From assembly GCA_003142855.1 (NCBI GenBank), contig PLNW01000122.1, positions 6,213 through 70,212 on the forward strand: a stretch of DNA of 64,000 nucleotides, in the 5' to 3' direction. The notes under the pieces are model-generated. The model saw nothing but the letters and a program-made list of their open reading frames with translations, searched no databases and was not told where the DNA came from. This DNA is from Myxococcales bacterium (GTDB lineage: Bacteria > Myxococcota_A > Polyangia > Fen-1088). The position numbers and the translations under genes are program-made. Positions 18,615-29,734 of the stretch are shown piece by piece (within the stretch, counting starts at the first letter, position 1; each line of letters opens with the position of its first letter).

Positions 18615-20914
18615 AGCTCGTCGCCGCTGCTCTTGCGCAGCCCCAGTCCGAAACGGTTTCCCTTGGTTCTGGCAACGCTTCTGGTCGCGAGCGGGACAGC
18701 AACTTCGCCCAGCTGCTGCGAGGGTCGCTCGGCAAGTTGCAAGGGAACTCTTCGTCGCCAGCGCGGGCGACAACGCAGGAAACGCGGCCGGAGGGGACAG
18801 TGACGGCGGTTCAACTTCGCAGCTCGGGCGCGACTGAGTCCAGGGCGCCGGCCACCCCCTTCGGAGACTTCGGGGCCAACACCCCACCCCGCCTCCCCTC
18901 GCACGCTTCGCGCGCGCCCCTCGCGGCCACGACCACGGCTACGACTACGACTCACCTTTTCGGGGACTATGCCGCCAGCAACGCACGACCCGCACCGATC
19001 CCGCGGACAGCCGCACAGCCGACCGCCGCCGCCATTCCACGTGCGGCTGGCGACTTGGCAGAATTGCGCTCGCTGGAATTGGAAGGCACGGGCACGGGCA
19101 TAGTGATCACGACCTCCGCGACCCTGGGCGGACGCCTCATGGTGGTGGAAAGGGAAGCATCGTCACCTGCGCCAGCCACGATTTCCACAGCGAAGGCCGA
19201 TACCGCGAGCGCGGCCGATAGTCTTGCGCGGGCCGCGCTGGTACCTGCGCCGGCCACGACTGCGGCCTCAGCCACGACCGCGGCCACGGCTAGTGGATCG
19301 AGTGCAGTTCATGCCTTTGCACGGATGGCGCTGGCTCCTGCGCCGGCCACGACTACGGCCACGACAACTCCTGATGACTCGGGTGCGGCTCATCGCTTTG
19401 CACGGATCGCGCCGGCTTCTGCGCCGACCTCCCCCTTCGGGGACTTCGGGTCCGACACCACGCCCTGCCTCCCCGCGCGCGCTTCGCGCGCGCCCCTCGC
19501 CCCCTTCGGAGACTTCGGGTCCGACACCACGCCCTGCCTCCCCGCGCGCGCTTCGCACGCGCCCCTCGCGGCCACGACCACCACCACGGCTAGTGGATCG
19601 AGCTCGGCCCAGAGCTTTTCACAATCCACGGCGGATTCTCTGACGGCCCCCACGACTGGTGGATCGAATGCGGTTCATGCCTTTGCACGGATCGCGCTGG
19701 CTTCCGTGCCGACCACAGCCACGGCCACGACCGCCACCACGGCTAGTGGATCGAGTGCGGCTCAGAGCTCTGCACGAACCGCCGCGCATTCTGCGGCGAC
19801 CACGACCACGACCACGACCACGGCACCGGCACCGGCCACCGCCACGGTCACGGCTCCGGCACCGGCCGCCGCTGCCGATGCCGATGTCGCACCACTCACT
19901 GCTCAGGCTGGGCAACCCGCCGAGCTAGCCCAGGCAACACACGACGATTCCGCCGCATCGAATAGCGCACCGCCGCTGGTAGCTGGTGCGACCTCTCGTC
20001 CTGCCAAGCCCGCATCGGCTGCCCCACAGCCTGCTGCCCCGATGACAATTGTGAACGCCCAACCCGCCGCCGATGCGAAGGCGCCAACCGGGCCGGCCCC
20101 TCAGCCCTGGGCCGAGACGCGCGATCGAATCAGCGCGGCCCACTCGCAAGAACGCCCGCGTGCACAAGACAGCACCGATGATTCCAGCCCGGCGCCGTCC
20201 CCATCGCTGGCCATCTTCGGCGCGGCCGCGAATCCCATCACGCCTGCTGTCCATACCCACAACCTACACGCAAGCGAGAGGACCGCAGTTTCAGAGAATC
20301 CCCACGCGCTGCCGACCAGCGATAGCAAGCAGACCGCGGACCATGCGGCCCCTGCCTTGTCAGTGCCCGCCCAGACAACACACCAACCTGGCCAGAGCGG
20401 TCTTCGGGCTGAGGCGCAGGTGACCACGACTTTGCCGCAGGCCCTGCCGCAGGTCACGCTGCCACTTCCTACCCCGGCGACCAGCGCGGTAGCCGCCGAC
20501 CTTCGCGCCGCCGTTCACCTTCCGGCCCAGGCTGCACCTCTGGCCGCCCAGGCGGCGCGCGACGACGGACTTAGCATGACCGTACTGCCGCATGCCGCGC
20601 ACATGGCCATCGAATCGCCGGACGGGGATCTGGATTTGCACATGCGCGTGCGACAGGGCAGCGCCGAGATCACGGTGGGCGGATCCATGGCGCACCTCTT
20701 CGATACGCGCGCGCCCGAGGCCCGCGCGGCCCTGGCGGGCGAAGGTCTTGCCTTGGGTCGTTTCGATTCTGGCCAACAAGGTGGCGGGCAGCAGAACCAG
20801 CCGACGCCCGAAACCCCAGAAGCGGCAGGCGAATCGCCCACCGCCTACCGGCCCCACCAAACCGCCCCAGTTCCGATCGCGCTAGGCGACGGCCGCATCC
20901 ACGTCACTGCTTGA
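18611..20914 (+). CDS. fliK: Flagellar hook-length control protein FliK, expanded by repeats (767 aa)
   Basis: ATGA overlap with the upstream gene; Ala/Thr/Pro-rich body; C-terminal T3S4-like domain followed by a Q/G-rich tail; directly before flgD. Confidence 0.8.
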   Translation: MKLVAAALAQPQSETVSLGSGNASGRERDSNFAQLLRGSLGKLQGNSSSPARATTQETRPEGTVTAVQLRSSGATESRAPATPFGDFGANTPPRLPSHASRAPLAATTTATTTTHLFGDYAASNARPAPIPRTAAQPTAAAIPRAAGDLAELRSLELEGTGTGIVITTSATLGGRLMVVEREASSPAPATISTAKADTASAADSLARAALVPAPATTAASATTAATASGSSAVHAFARMALAPAPATTTATTTPDDSGAAHRFARIAPASAPTSPFGDFGSDTTPCLPARASRAPLAPFGDFGSDTTPCLPARASHAPLAATTTTTASGSSSAQSFSQSTADSLTAPTTGGSNAVHAFARIALASVPTTATATTATTASGSSAAQSSARTAAHSAATTTTTTTTAPAPATATVTAPAPAAAADADVAPLTAQAGQPAELAQATHDDSAASNSAPPLVAGATSRPAKPASAAPQPAAPMTIVNAQPAADAKAPTGPAPQPWAETRDRISAAHSQERPRAQDSTDDSSPAPSPSLAIFGAAANPITPAVHTHNLHASERTAVSENPHALPTSDSKQTADHAAPALSVPAQTTHQPGQSGLRAEAQVTTTLPQALPQVTLPLPTPATSAVAADLRAAVHLPAQAAPLAAQAARDDGLSMTVLPHAAHMAIESPDGDLDLHMRVRQGSAEITVGGSMAHLFDTRAPEARAALAGEGLALGRFDSGQQGGGQQNQPTPETPEAAGESPTAYRPHQTAPVPIALGDGRIHVTA
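18855..19572 (+). repeat. Three in-frame ~69-bp copies of repeat family B inside fliK
   Basis: Copies at ~18855-18928, 19432-19500 and 19501-19572 encode PFGDFG(S/A)(D/N)T.P.LP..AS.APLA; homologous to the reverse complement of 59797-59861. Confidence 0.9.
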
Positions 20915-20925
20915 AGGAGAGCACC

Positions 20926-21624
20926 ATGTCCATAGATACCTCGACAGTCACCAACGCAACTCAAGCTGTGCAACAGCCGGCTGACGCCACGGGCTCCAAC
21001 GAGCTGGGGAAGGACCAGTTCCTGCAGATCCTGACCGCACAGCTTGCCAATCAGGATCCCACTGCTCCCATGGACAGCAACGCCTTCGTGGCGCAACTAG
21101 CGCAGTTCTCTGCCTTGGAACAAGCGCAGAACACCAATGACACCCTCACGCAGATGCTGGCTTTGCAGCAGACGACTGGCCAGACCGGAAATGTTTCGGT
21201 GGCCGTGGCCGCGGTAGGCAAGCAAGCGTCCTACAACGCCAGTCAGATGACCCTCAGCGCGGGCGGAAGCCTCGGCGTGACCGCCATCCTGGCTTCACCG
21301 GCGACGAACGTTACCCTGGAAGTTGACGATGCCAACGGAAACCAAGTGCGCAGCCAGCAGTTCGGCGCCTTGGCGGCGGGGTCCAACAACCTGACCTGGG
21401 ACGGGTACAACGACGCGGGTGTGGCTCAGGCGCCCGGAAACTACACCCTCACTGTGTCAGCCACCGACATTTCCGGCAATCCCGTGTCGGTGACCCAGCA
21501 GGCCTCTGGCCTGGTCACCGGCGTCACGTTCCAGAATGGAGCCGCCCAACTCATGATCAACAACAATACGCCTGTCTCGCTTAGCGACCTCATTTCAATT
21601 CAGCAAGTCAACAGCACGCAGTAA
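20926..21624 (+). CDS. flgD: Flagellar hook cap protein FlgD
   Basis: LGKDQFLQILTAQLANQDPTAPMD..FVAQLAQFS; TWDG. Confidence 0.95.
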   Translation: MSIDTSTVTNATQAVQQPADATGSNELGKDQFLQILTAQLANQDPTAPMDSNAFVAQLAQFSALEQAQNTNDTLTQMLALQQTTGQTGNVSVAVAAVGKQASYNASQMTLSAGGSLGVTAILASPATNVTLEVDDANGNQVRSQQFGALAAGSNNLTWDGYNDAGVAQAPGNYTLTVSATDISGNPVSVTQQASGLVTGVTFQNGAAQLMINNNTPVSLSDLISIQQVNSTQ

Positions 21625-21644
21625 CAAGCAGAAAGGGAAACACC

Positions 21645-22964
21645 ATGAGTCTTTTGACCGCAATGTATTCCAGCGCCAGTGGCCTTAACGCGACAACCGA
21701 CGAACTGTCGGTGGTTGGGGACAATATCTCCAACAGCCAAACCGTAGGCTTCAAGGCCTCTCGTACCGATTTTGCAGACGCCATGACCCAGGAGATGGTC
21801 GGGGGAGCGGGCGAACAAGGCCTGGGCGTTCGCACGCTCACCGTGCAGAAACTGATGGCTCAGGGTTCGTTTACCACCACCAATCAGGACACCGACGTGG
21901 CCATCGAAGGCAATGGCATGTTCGTGCTCAAGGGGTCCTACGGCGGAAGCACCGGCACCTACTACACGCGCGACGGCCAGTTCACCATCGACAAGAATGG
22001 CTATATGGTCAACGAGGAGGGCCTACGCGTGCAGGGCATGCAGGCTGATACGACCGGCAACGTCTCGTCCGGACTCTTGGGTGACTTGCAGGTTGGCAAC
22101 GCTTCTGCGCCCGCCAAGGCCACCGACGACATCACCGTGCGTGGCAATCTGGATTCCACAGCCACCCCGACCGAGAATCCTGTAGCCGCAACCGGCTACG
22201 CGGGCTGGACCGTGACCGATGCCAAGAACACCTCGAATTTTTCGACCAGCATGGTGGTGTACGACTCGCTCGGCAAGCCGGTGCAGCTCGACGTCTACTT
22301 CTGCATGGATAGTGTAGGCGATTGGCACTATCACGCGGTCACCGACGGCGCCAACCTGACCGCCGGCGTGGCCAATACGCCCACCGAGGTCGCCACCGGT
22401 GAGCTGAAGTTCGACACCGAGGGCAAGCTGGTTTCCAACACCACTACAGCGAATACCTTCAATCCGGTCAATGCCACCAATCCGCAGCCTCTCACTTTCA
22501 ATTTCGGGACTGGCACCGCCACGGGCGGTAGCGGCCTGGACGGAATCACCCAGTACGCCGCGGCTTCGGCCATGAGCTTCGTGACCCAGGCAGGTTTCAC
22601 CTCAGGAAGCCTGAGCAAACTCAGCATCGGCAGCGACGGCACGATCACCGGCGGATTCACCAACGGACAGAGCCGGATATTGGGACAACTGGTTCTGGGA
22701 AACTTCGCGGCTCCGGACCAGCTCGCGCGCACTGGAGGATCCCTCTACCAGGAAACCGTCGCTTCAGGCCCCGGCACCCTGGGAACGCCAGCCACGGCGG
22801 ACCGAGGCAGCATCAGCGCGGGTGCGTTGGAGCAATCCAACGTCGACCTTGCGCAGGAGTTTATCAACATGATCGCGGCACAGCGTAGCTTCGAAGCCGA
22901 TTCCAAGACCCTGACCACCGCTGACCAGCTCCTGTCGGATCTGATGATGATTCACCGTCAGTAG
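21645..22964 (+). CDS. flgE: Flagellar hook protein FlgE
   Basis: SGL..VGDNISNSQTVGFK, YTRDGQF, VYDSLG, LEQSNVDLAQEF. Confidence 0.95.
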   Translation: MSLLTAMYSSASGLNATTDELSVVGDNISNSQTVGFKASRTDFADAMTQEMVGGAGEQGLGVRTLTVQKLMAQGSFTTTNQDTDVAIEGNGMFVLKGSYGGSTGTYYTRDGQFTIDKNGYMVNEEGLRVQGMQADTTGNVSSGLLGDLQVGNASAPAKATDDITVRGNLDSTATPTENPVAATGYAGWTVTDAKNTSNFSTSMVVYDSLGKPVQLDVYFCMDSVGDWHYHAVTDGANLTAGVANTPTEVATGELKFDTEGKLVSNTTTANTFNPVNATNPQPLTFNFGTGTATGGSGLDGITQYAAASAMSFVTQAGFTSGSLSKLSIGSDGTITGGFTNGQSRILGQLVLGNFAAPDQLARTGGSLYQETVASGPGTLGTPATADRGSISAGALEQSNVDLAQEFINMIAAQRSFEADSKTLTTADQLLSDLMMIHRQ

Positions 22965-23065
22965 CCTTGGGCGCCGGGGCTGTGGCGATTGTGCCCAGCC
23001 CGCCGGCTTTCGGCGCCGGCGCGCCACTTCTCCTTCTCGCAAACCTTTTGCACGGACGCCGACCC

Positions 23066-23299
23066 ATGATCTACGTCACCCGGCTCGATCACAACACCAT
23101 GGTAGTGAACGCCGAGCTCATCGCCACGGTCGAAAGTACGCCCGACACCCTCATCACCCTGAACAATGGTCATCAGTTCCTGGTGCGAGATACGGTCGAG
23201 GACGTGGTGGCTCGGGCCATCGAGTATCGGCGCCAGGTCAGCGGCGCTTTGCGCGTGGTTTCAGCGGCGCCCGACCCAGACAAACAAGGAAGCAGCTAG
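23066..23299 (+). CDS. flbD: Flagellar FlbD family protein
   Basis: MIYVTRL..VNAELIATVESTPDTLITLNNG. Confidence 0.9.
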   Translation: MIYVTRLDHNTMVVNAELIATVESTPDTLITLNNGHQFLVRDTVEDVVARAIEYRRQVSGALRVVSAAPDPDKQGSS

Positions 23300-23302
23300 C
23301 CC

Positions 23303-24070
23303 ATGGACCTCACGACAATCGCTGGCGTCGTCGTTGCCATCGGCTTCATTCTCGGCGGGCAACTGCTTGAAGGGGGGCACGTCGGGTCCATTGTTCAGGG
23401 CACGGCCGCGCTTATCGTCTTCGGTGGCACATTCGGTGCAGTGTTGGTCAGCTTTCCTCTGAAGGACGTGAAGCGCGGATTGCAGCTGGCGGCCATGGCC
23501 ATGCGGGAGAAGAAGAGCGACCTGGACCAAATCGTTCAGCAGATCGTGGAATTGGCGGGTGTCGCGCGGCGGGATGGCGTCCTGGCACTGGAACAGCGCC
23601 TGCCAGCCCTGCAAGACGACTTCCTCAGACGCGCAGTGGGCTTCATCGTGGACGGCGTGGACGCCATTGTCACGCGCGACGCACTGGAAACGGAGATCAT
23701 GCACCATTTCGAGGGAGACACGGTGGGGGCCAAGATCTTCGAGTCCGCAGGTGGCTATGCTCCCACCATCGGCATTCTGGGTGCGGTGCTGGGGCTGATT
23801 CACGTCATGGAGAACCTCAACGATCCCTCCAAGCTTGGAGGCGGCATTGCGGTTGCTTTCGTGGCCACTGTGTATGGTGTGGGCAGCGCCAACATCCTGT
23901 TCCTGCCGTTCGCCACTAAGATCAAGCGCAAACTGGGCCTAGAGAAAGAGCGGCGCGTCCTCATTGCCGAGGGCGTGCTCTCCATCCAAGCCGGACTAAA
24001 TCCGCGCGTGCTGGAAGAGAAGATCCGCGCCTACGCCGGCGGCCACGCCCCGGCTGCCAAGAAAGAATAG
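23303..24070 (+). CDS. motA: Flagellar stator protein MotA
   Basis: ARRDGVLALE, GGYAPTIGILGAVLGLI, AFVATVYGV. Confidence 0.95.
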   Translation: MDLTTIAGVVVAIGFILGGQLLEGGHVGSIVQGTAALIVFGGTFGAVLVSFPLKDVKRGLQLAAMAMREKKSDLDQIVQQIVELAGVARRDGVLALEQRLPALQDDFLRRAVGFIVDGVDAIVTRDALETEIMHHFEGDTVGAKIFESAGGYAPTIGILGAVLGLIHVMENLNDPSKLGGGIAVAFVATVYGVGSANILFLPFATKIKRKLGLEKERRVLIAEGVLSIQAGLNPRVLEEKIRAYAGGHAPAAKKE

Positions 24071-24073
24071 CCC

Positions 24074-24850
24074 GTGGCGAAAAAACGGGAACACGCTGAG
24101 GAACACGAGAACCACGAGCGCTGGCTGGTCTCCTATGCCGACTTCATGACCCTGCTCTTCGCTTTCTTCGTGGTCATGTACTCGGTCAGCCGCATCGACC
24201 AGAAGCGCATGGTCGACGTGGTCAAGGCCATCAAGTTCGCCATGCACTACAAGGGCACGGGCGGCTCTGACACGGTTCCCATTTTCGAAGGACCGGTCAC
24301 CGAGGGTGGCTGTGTGACCAACTTGGGGGACAGTGCCCCGAACCACCAGGAGGCTGAGGCCGTCGAGGCGGTGCGCCGCCGCATCGAGAAGAAGCTGAAG
24401 GGAATCCTGCTGGAAAGGCCTGAGAATCCCCCCACCGTGATCATGCACACCGAAGGGCGCAAGCTCATGATCCGCCTGTCAGCGTCGCACTTCTTCGATC
24501 CGGCGCAGGCCGCGATCCGCCCTGAAGTGATCCCTGTGCTGGACGCCATTGCCATCGAGCTGGCGCAGTTCCGCCGGCCCATCCGCATCGAAGGCCACAC
24601 CGACGACCAGACCGGAGGACGCACGCGTTTCCGCGACAACTGGGATCTGTCCGCCTCCCGTGCAGCATCCGTGGCCAGCTACATGCAGGGCGCCCACCAC
24701 ATCGAGGGCAAGATGCTCATCGCCGCCGGTCGCGGATCCACCTGGCCCATTGCCGACAACAGCACGGCCCAGGGCCGCGAAACCAACCGGCGGGTCGAGC
24801 TGGTCATCGAGGTCAAGCCCGAGGACGCCTTCGAATCCATCGCGCGATAG
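24074..24850 (+). CDS. motB: Flagellar stator protein MotB
   Basis: WLVSYADFMTLLFAFFVVMY; OmpA-like IEGHTD..NWDLSASRA..NRRVE. Confidence 0.95.
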   Translation: MAKKREHAEEHENHERWLVSYADFMTLLFAFFVVMYSVSRIDQKRMVDVVKAIKFAMHYKGTGGSDTVPIFEGPVTEGGCVTNLGDSAPNHQEAEAVEAVRRRIEKKLKGILLERPENPPTVIMHTEGRKLMIRLSASHFFDPAQAAIRPEVIPVLDAIAIELAQFRRPIRIEGHTDDQTGGRTRFRDNWDLSASRAASVASYMQGAHHIEGKMLIAAGRGSTWPIADNSTAQGRETNRRVELVIEVKPEDAFESIAR

Positions 24851-26455
<1,605 letters not shown>

Positions 26456-26476
26456 GAAGGAACTCTCCTTAATCGG

Positions 26477-26504
26477 GTATCGACACCTCTAGCGCGGCCC
26501 TTTA
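26477..26504 (-). promoter_or_regulatory. Putative sigma28 promoter of fliD
   Basis: TAAAG-N15-GTCGATAC, followed by an AAGGAG RBS. Confidence 0.65.
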
Positions 26505-26776
26505 GCGAGATGGCGATAGACCTGGGCCCGGCGACTTGATGCAAGGCGATTCATGTCTCCCACCACGCGTTGTCGCAAGCTGGCCTCCGCAGCGAAACAG
26601 CGTTGCAGCAGTTCGCGCGCCTGTGCGACAACCGCCTGGGATGGCTGCGGCGCCGAGAGGGCACACATGGCTTGCAGGCCCGCGAGCGCCTGCGCCGCTT
26701 CCTCGGCCTTGCCGGCCTGCAAGAGGCGAGCCCCTTCCGCAAGCGTGGTCAGCCAGGGATCGCTGGCCGCCGTCAT
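26489..26776 (-). CDS. Small helical protein between fliS and fliD (FliT-like position)
   Basis: ATGA overlap with fliS; 95 aa, helical; assignment from synteny only. Confidence 0.55.
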   Translation of the reverse strand: MTAASDPWLTTLAEGARLLQAGKAEEAAQALAGLQAMCALSAPQPSQAVVAQARELLQRCFAAEASLRQRVVGDMNRLASSRRAQVYRHLAKGPR

Positions 26777-27177
26777 CGGCCCGTGCCCCCGGCCGCCACC
26801 GCAGGCACTGTGGCTTCGCTGGCCACGGCCTGGTCGAATGCCTCGACGATGGGAAGGAACACGCGCTCGGCTTCTTCCATGTACTGGGCCGACATGCCCC
26901 CGATGGCCAGGGTCAGACGCCCCACCACGAAACCGTAGACTGCGTCGAGCTGCTCGCAAAGGCTGGGGGCGAGCTCGTGCTTGAGCGTGGCCTGCAGGCC
27001 CAGCACGATGGAGGCTGCTCGCTCGGCCGCGTCGCCGCCGGTCCGGTAGTCGCCCATCGCGTACGCGGCTTTGCCGGCGCGCATGTGCCGCAGCGCTGTC
27101 TCGAACAGGGTCATCATGATTCGGGGCGCTGATGCCGTGCTGACGTTGGCGTTGGTGTAGACGCGGTAGGCTTTCAT
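26773..27177 (-). CDS. fliS: Flagellin chaperone FliS
   Basis: Y...VSTASAPRIMMTLFETAL..LQATL..LCEQLDAVY.F. Confidence 0.9.
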   Translation of the reverse strand: MKAYRVYTNANVSTASAPRIMMTLFETALRHMRAGKAAYAMGDYRTGGDAAERAASIVLGLQATLKHELAPSLCEQLDAVYGFVVGRLTLAIGGMSAQYMEEAERVFLPIVEAFDQAVASEATVPAVAAGGTGR

Positions 27178-27208
27178 TGCTTTGCTCCGGTTGCCGCCTC
27201 GTTTGAGA

Positions 27209-27236
27209 TCATCGGTGGGTACTAATCGCATCTATA
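27209..27236 (-). promoter_or_regulatory. Putative sigma28 promoter of fliS
   Basis: TATAG-N15-ACCGATGA. Confidence 0.5.
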
Positions 27237-27241
27237 GAGGA

Positions 27242-27279
27242 ACGACCGCCCCGGGCACCCAGCTCCCCAAGGCGGTCGT
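27242..27279 (-). terminator. Possible terminator hairpin after fliC
   Basis: acgaccgcc / ggcggtcgt 9-bp stem; weak U tract. Confidence 0.35.
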
Positions 27280-27320
27280 CCAAAGCTCATGTTGCTGTTA
27301 GCTTTCCGTTTCTAGTCGGG

Positions 27321-28562
27321 TTAGCCAAGCAACTTGAGCGCCAGTTGCTGTACTTGGTTGGCCTGCGCCAACACCGAGACACCGGCCTGCATCAGGATTT
27401 GGTCTTTGGACATGTTCGAGGTCTCGGAGGCCACGTCCACGTCGCGGATCTGGCTGTTGGCTGCCGTCACGTTCTGGGCCGTGGTCGTCAAGCTGGCAGC
27501 CGCATAGCTCAATCGGTTCTGCGCCGCACCGAGCGCCGCGCGCTGGCTGGAGATCCAGGCGTTCGCAGTGTCGATGGCGGTGATAAGGCCAGTCGCGTCG
27601 CCGTCGCTGGGGCCGGCGTTGGTGCCCGCAGCGGTGTTGAACGTGCTGATCGCGGTGTTCAGGGCGATCATTGACGCAGCCGAAGCACCGCTATCCAGCC
27701 TGGTGTCAAGCATGCTCACCGAGGTGGTGTTCCCCTGGCTCGCATCCGCACCAGTCTGGAGTATGGCCGAGTGATCGGCCAGCGCGGTGGTGATTGTCCC
27801 CGCGTTCAAGCCGTTGGCCACCGCGGTGTCCATTGCGACGGCGGCGGCGGTCGAATTAGCCACTGACACCTTGATGCCGAGGCTGTCGAAGTTGAGCGTG
27901 GTTGAGCTGCCTGCTCCCACAGTCTGGCCGGTGAGATTAATACTCTGGGACTTTGAGGTGTTGTGATCGGTCAACGTCAGCACACCGGCGGCGTACCCGA
28001 AAGTGTAGGTGTCGGCGGCATTCGCGCCTGAAACATCCACGTTCGTGACTGCTGTCCCGGTTGCACCTGTAGGCACGAAGCCGGCTTGTACGGTACTAGC
28101 GGCCACGCCACCACCCGCCGTCAGTTGCTGCTGGGTCGTGAGCGATCCGTTGAGCAGGCCCAAGCCGTTGAAGGTGGTCCGGAGCGAAATGTTTTGGATT
28201 TCGTCGTGGAGCTGCTGGATTTCGACGTTGATGTCATCGCGTTCCGTGGGGCCGTTGGTGTCAGAAGCGGCCTGCACAGCCAGGTTGCGCATACGGACCA
28301 TCATGTTCTGAACCTGATCCAACGCACCTTCAGCGGTCTGGATCATGGACGCGCCATCGTTGGCATTGCGCACGGCCTGGTTGAGACCGCCGATTTGCGC
28401 CTGCATCTTCTCGCTGATGGCCAGGCCTGCCGCATCGTCGGCAGCGCGGTTGATGCGGAAGCCTGACGACAGGCGCGCCATCGAGGTTTGCAGACTGTTG
28501 TTGCTTGAGGTGAGGCTGTTCTGGGCGCTCAAGGCTGCGATGTTTGTCTGGATGGAAAGCAT
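27321..28562 (-). CDS. fliC: Flagellin
   Basis: IQTNIAAL..RLSSGFRINRAADDAAGLAISE; RAALGAAQNRL..SQIRDVDVA..LAQANQ. Confidence 0.97.
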   Translation of the reverse strand: MLSIQTNIAALSAQNSLTSSNNSLQTSMARLSSGFRINRAADDAAGLAISEKMQAQIGGLNQAVRNANDGASMIQTAEGALDQVQNMMVRMRNLAVQAASDTNGPTERDDINVEIQQLHDEIQNISLRTTFNGLGLLNGSLTTQQQLTAGGGVAASTVQAGFVPTGATGTAVTNVDVSGANAADTYTFGYAAGVLTLTDHNTSKSQSINLTGQTVGAGSSTTLNFDSLGIKVSVANSTAAAVAMDTAVANGLNAGTITTALADHSAILQTGADASQGNTTSVSMLDTRLDSGASAASMIALNTAISTFNTAAGTNAGPSDGDATGLITAIDTANAWISSQRAALGAAQNRLSYAAASLTTTAQNVTAANSQIRDVDVASETSNMSKDQILMQAGVSVLAQANQVQQLALKLLG

Positions 28563-28616
28563 TTTCTGACTCCTTGTTCGTGTTTGCTGAGGGCACTGTG
28601 CCCGTGTTCGACAAGG

Positions 28617-28644
28617 GGTTCGACACGAATCCCAGAGGCTGATA
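28617..28644 (-). promoter_or_regulatory. Weak sigma28-like promoter of fliC
   Basis: TATCA-N15-GTCGAACC; shares the GTGTCGA core with the fliD and flgM motifs. Confidence 0.4.
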
Positions 28645-28658
28645 AGGGCGACCCTGGT

Positions 28659-28678
28659 GGGGCGACCTGCGGTCGCCC
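28659..28678 (+). repeat. REP palindrome, second copy
   Basis: GGGGCGACCTGCGGTCGCCC is the exact reverse complement of 10381-10400. Confidence 0.8.
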
Positions 28679-28840
28679 GTCGGCACCTGGCCGGCGGGTC
28701 GCGGCTCGCGGCTCGCGTGGGCGTGGGCGAGAGCGTGTTCGTGGGCGTTGCGCGGGAGGCGGAGGGCGTGCCGCGGGCCGCACACCCGGGCCGCTTTCCC
28801 GAGCAACGCTGGCCCGGAAGTCCGCGACGGGCCGCCCCTA

Positions 28841-29725
28841 CTACTTGAGCAGGTCGACCAGCGAGAAATTGAGCGTCTTGGAGGCAGCCGTCAGCGTGGC
28901 ATTGAGGGCGTACTGGGCCAGGCTGAGCTGCGTGGAGGCCTGCATGACATCGGCATCGCCAAGCTGGCTGATGACCTTGGTCTCGTCGGTGTTCTGCTGC
29001 GTGCAGGTGTTGACCGTGGAAGTGAAGAGATTGACCGAGGTTCCCGCTTGCGATTGCGCCGCGGATACCTGAGTGCTTGCCGCCTGCAGGGACGCGATGC
29101 TGGCGCGAATGGCGTCTGAGTCATTCGCGCGAAAGGCGGCCGATAGATTCGTCAGCGTCTGCAGAATGTCGACCCCGCCTCCCACTCCCTTGGCCATGAC
29201 GTCCGCGCGAATCGAAGAGTCCTCGTACACGCCCGGCGCCACCTCGACCTGGCGTACGCCTGTGTCCCCTTGGTAGGTCCCGTCGGCGGCGAAGGGCGGC
29301 GTGTTGTCGACATATCCGCCAAAGATGTAGCGATCGCCGAAACGAGTATTGAGGCTGCCGACCACCTGATTGAAGATACCGTCGACTTCGGTGGCCGCCG
29401 CGGCCCGGTCATCCGCGTTGTAGGTGTCGTTACCCATCTGTGTGGCCAACGCTTGCGCCTGGGCGAGCGCTGTGCTTACGCCGGTGAGCGCGGAATCGGC
29501 GGTGTTCAGCTCGTCGGCTGCGCTCTGGGCGCCGTTCTGGATGGCAGTGACTTGCGCCTGGTTGAACTTATGCCGGACCAGCAGGCCGGCCGCTTGCGGA
29601 TCATCACCAGGCGCCTGCACGCGCAGACCGCTCGACAGCTCGCCCTGGGCTTTGGACACATTCGACAGGGCGAGGTTGGCCCGGTCAATGGTCTGCTGGT
29701 AAATCATGGCTTCGGTGACGCGCAC
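28841..29725 (-). CDS. flgL: Hook-filament junction protein FlgL
   Basis: MRVT..LSSGLRV..PGDDP, N.RFGDRYIFGG, YQGD. Confidence 0.92.
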   Translation of the reverse strand: MRVTEAMIYQQTIDRANLALSNVSKAQGELSSGLRVQAPGDDPQAAGLLVRHKFNQAQVTAIQNGAQSAADELNTADSALTGVSTALAQAQALATQMGNDTYNADDRAAAATEVDGIFNQVVGSLNTRFGDRYIFGGYVDNTPPFAADGTYQGDTGVRQVEVAPGVYEDSSIRADVMAKGVGGGVDILQTLTNLSAAFRANDSDAIRASIASLQAASTQVSAAQSQAGTSVNLFTSTVNTCTQQNTDETKVISQLGDADVMQASTQLSLAQYALNATLTAASKTLNFSLVDLLK

Positions 29726-29734
29726 GAGTTTCTC

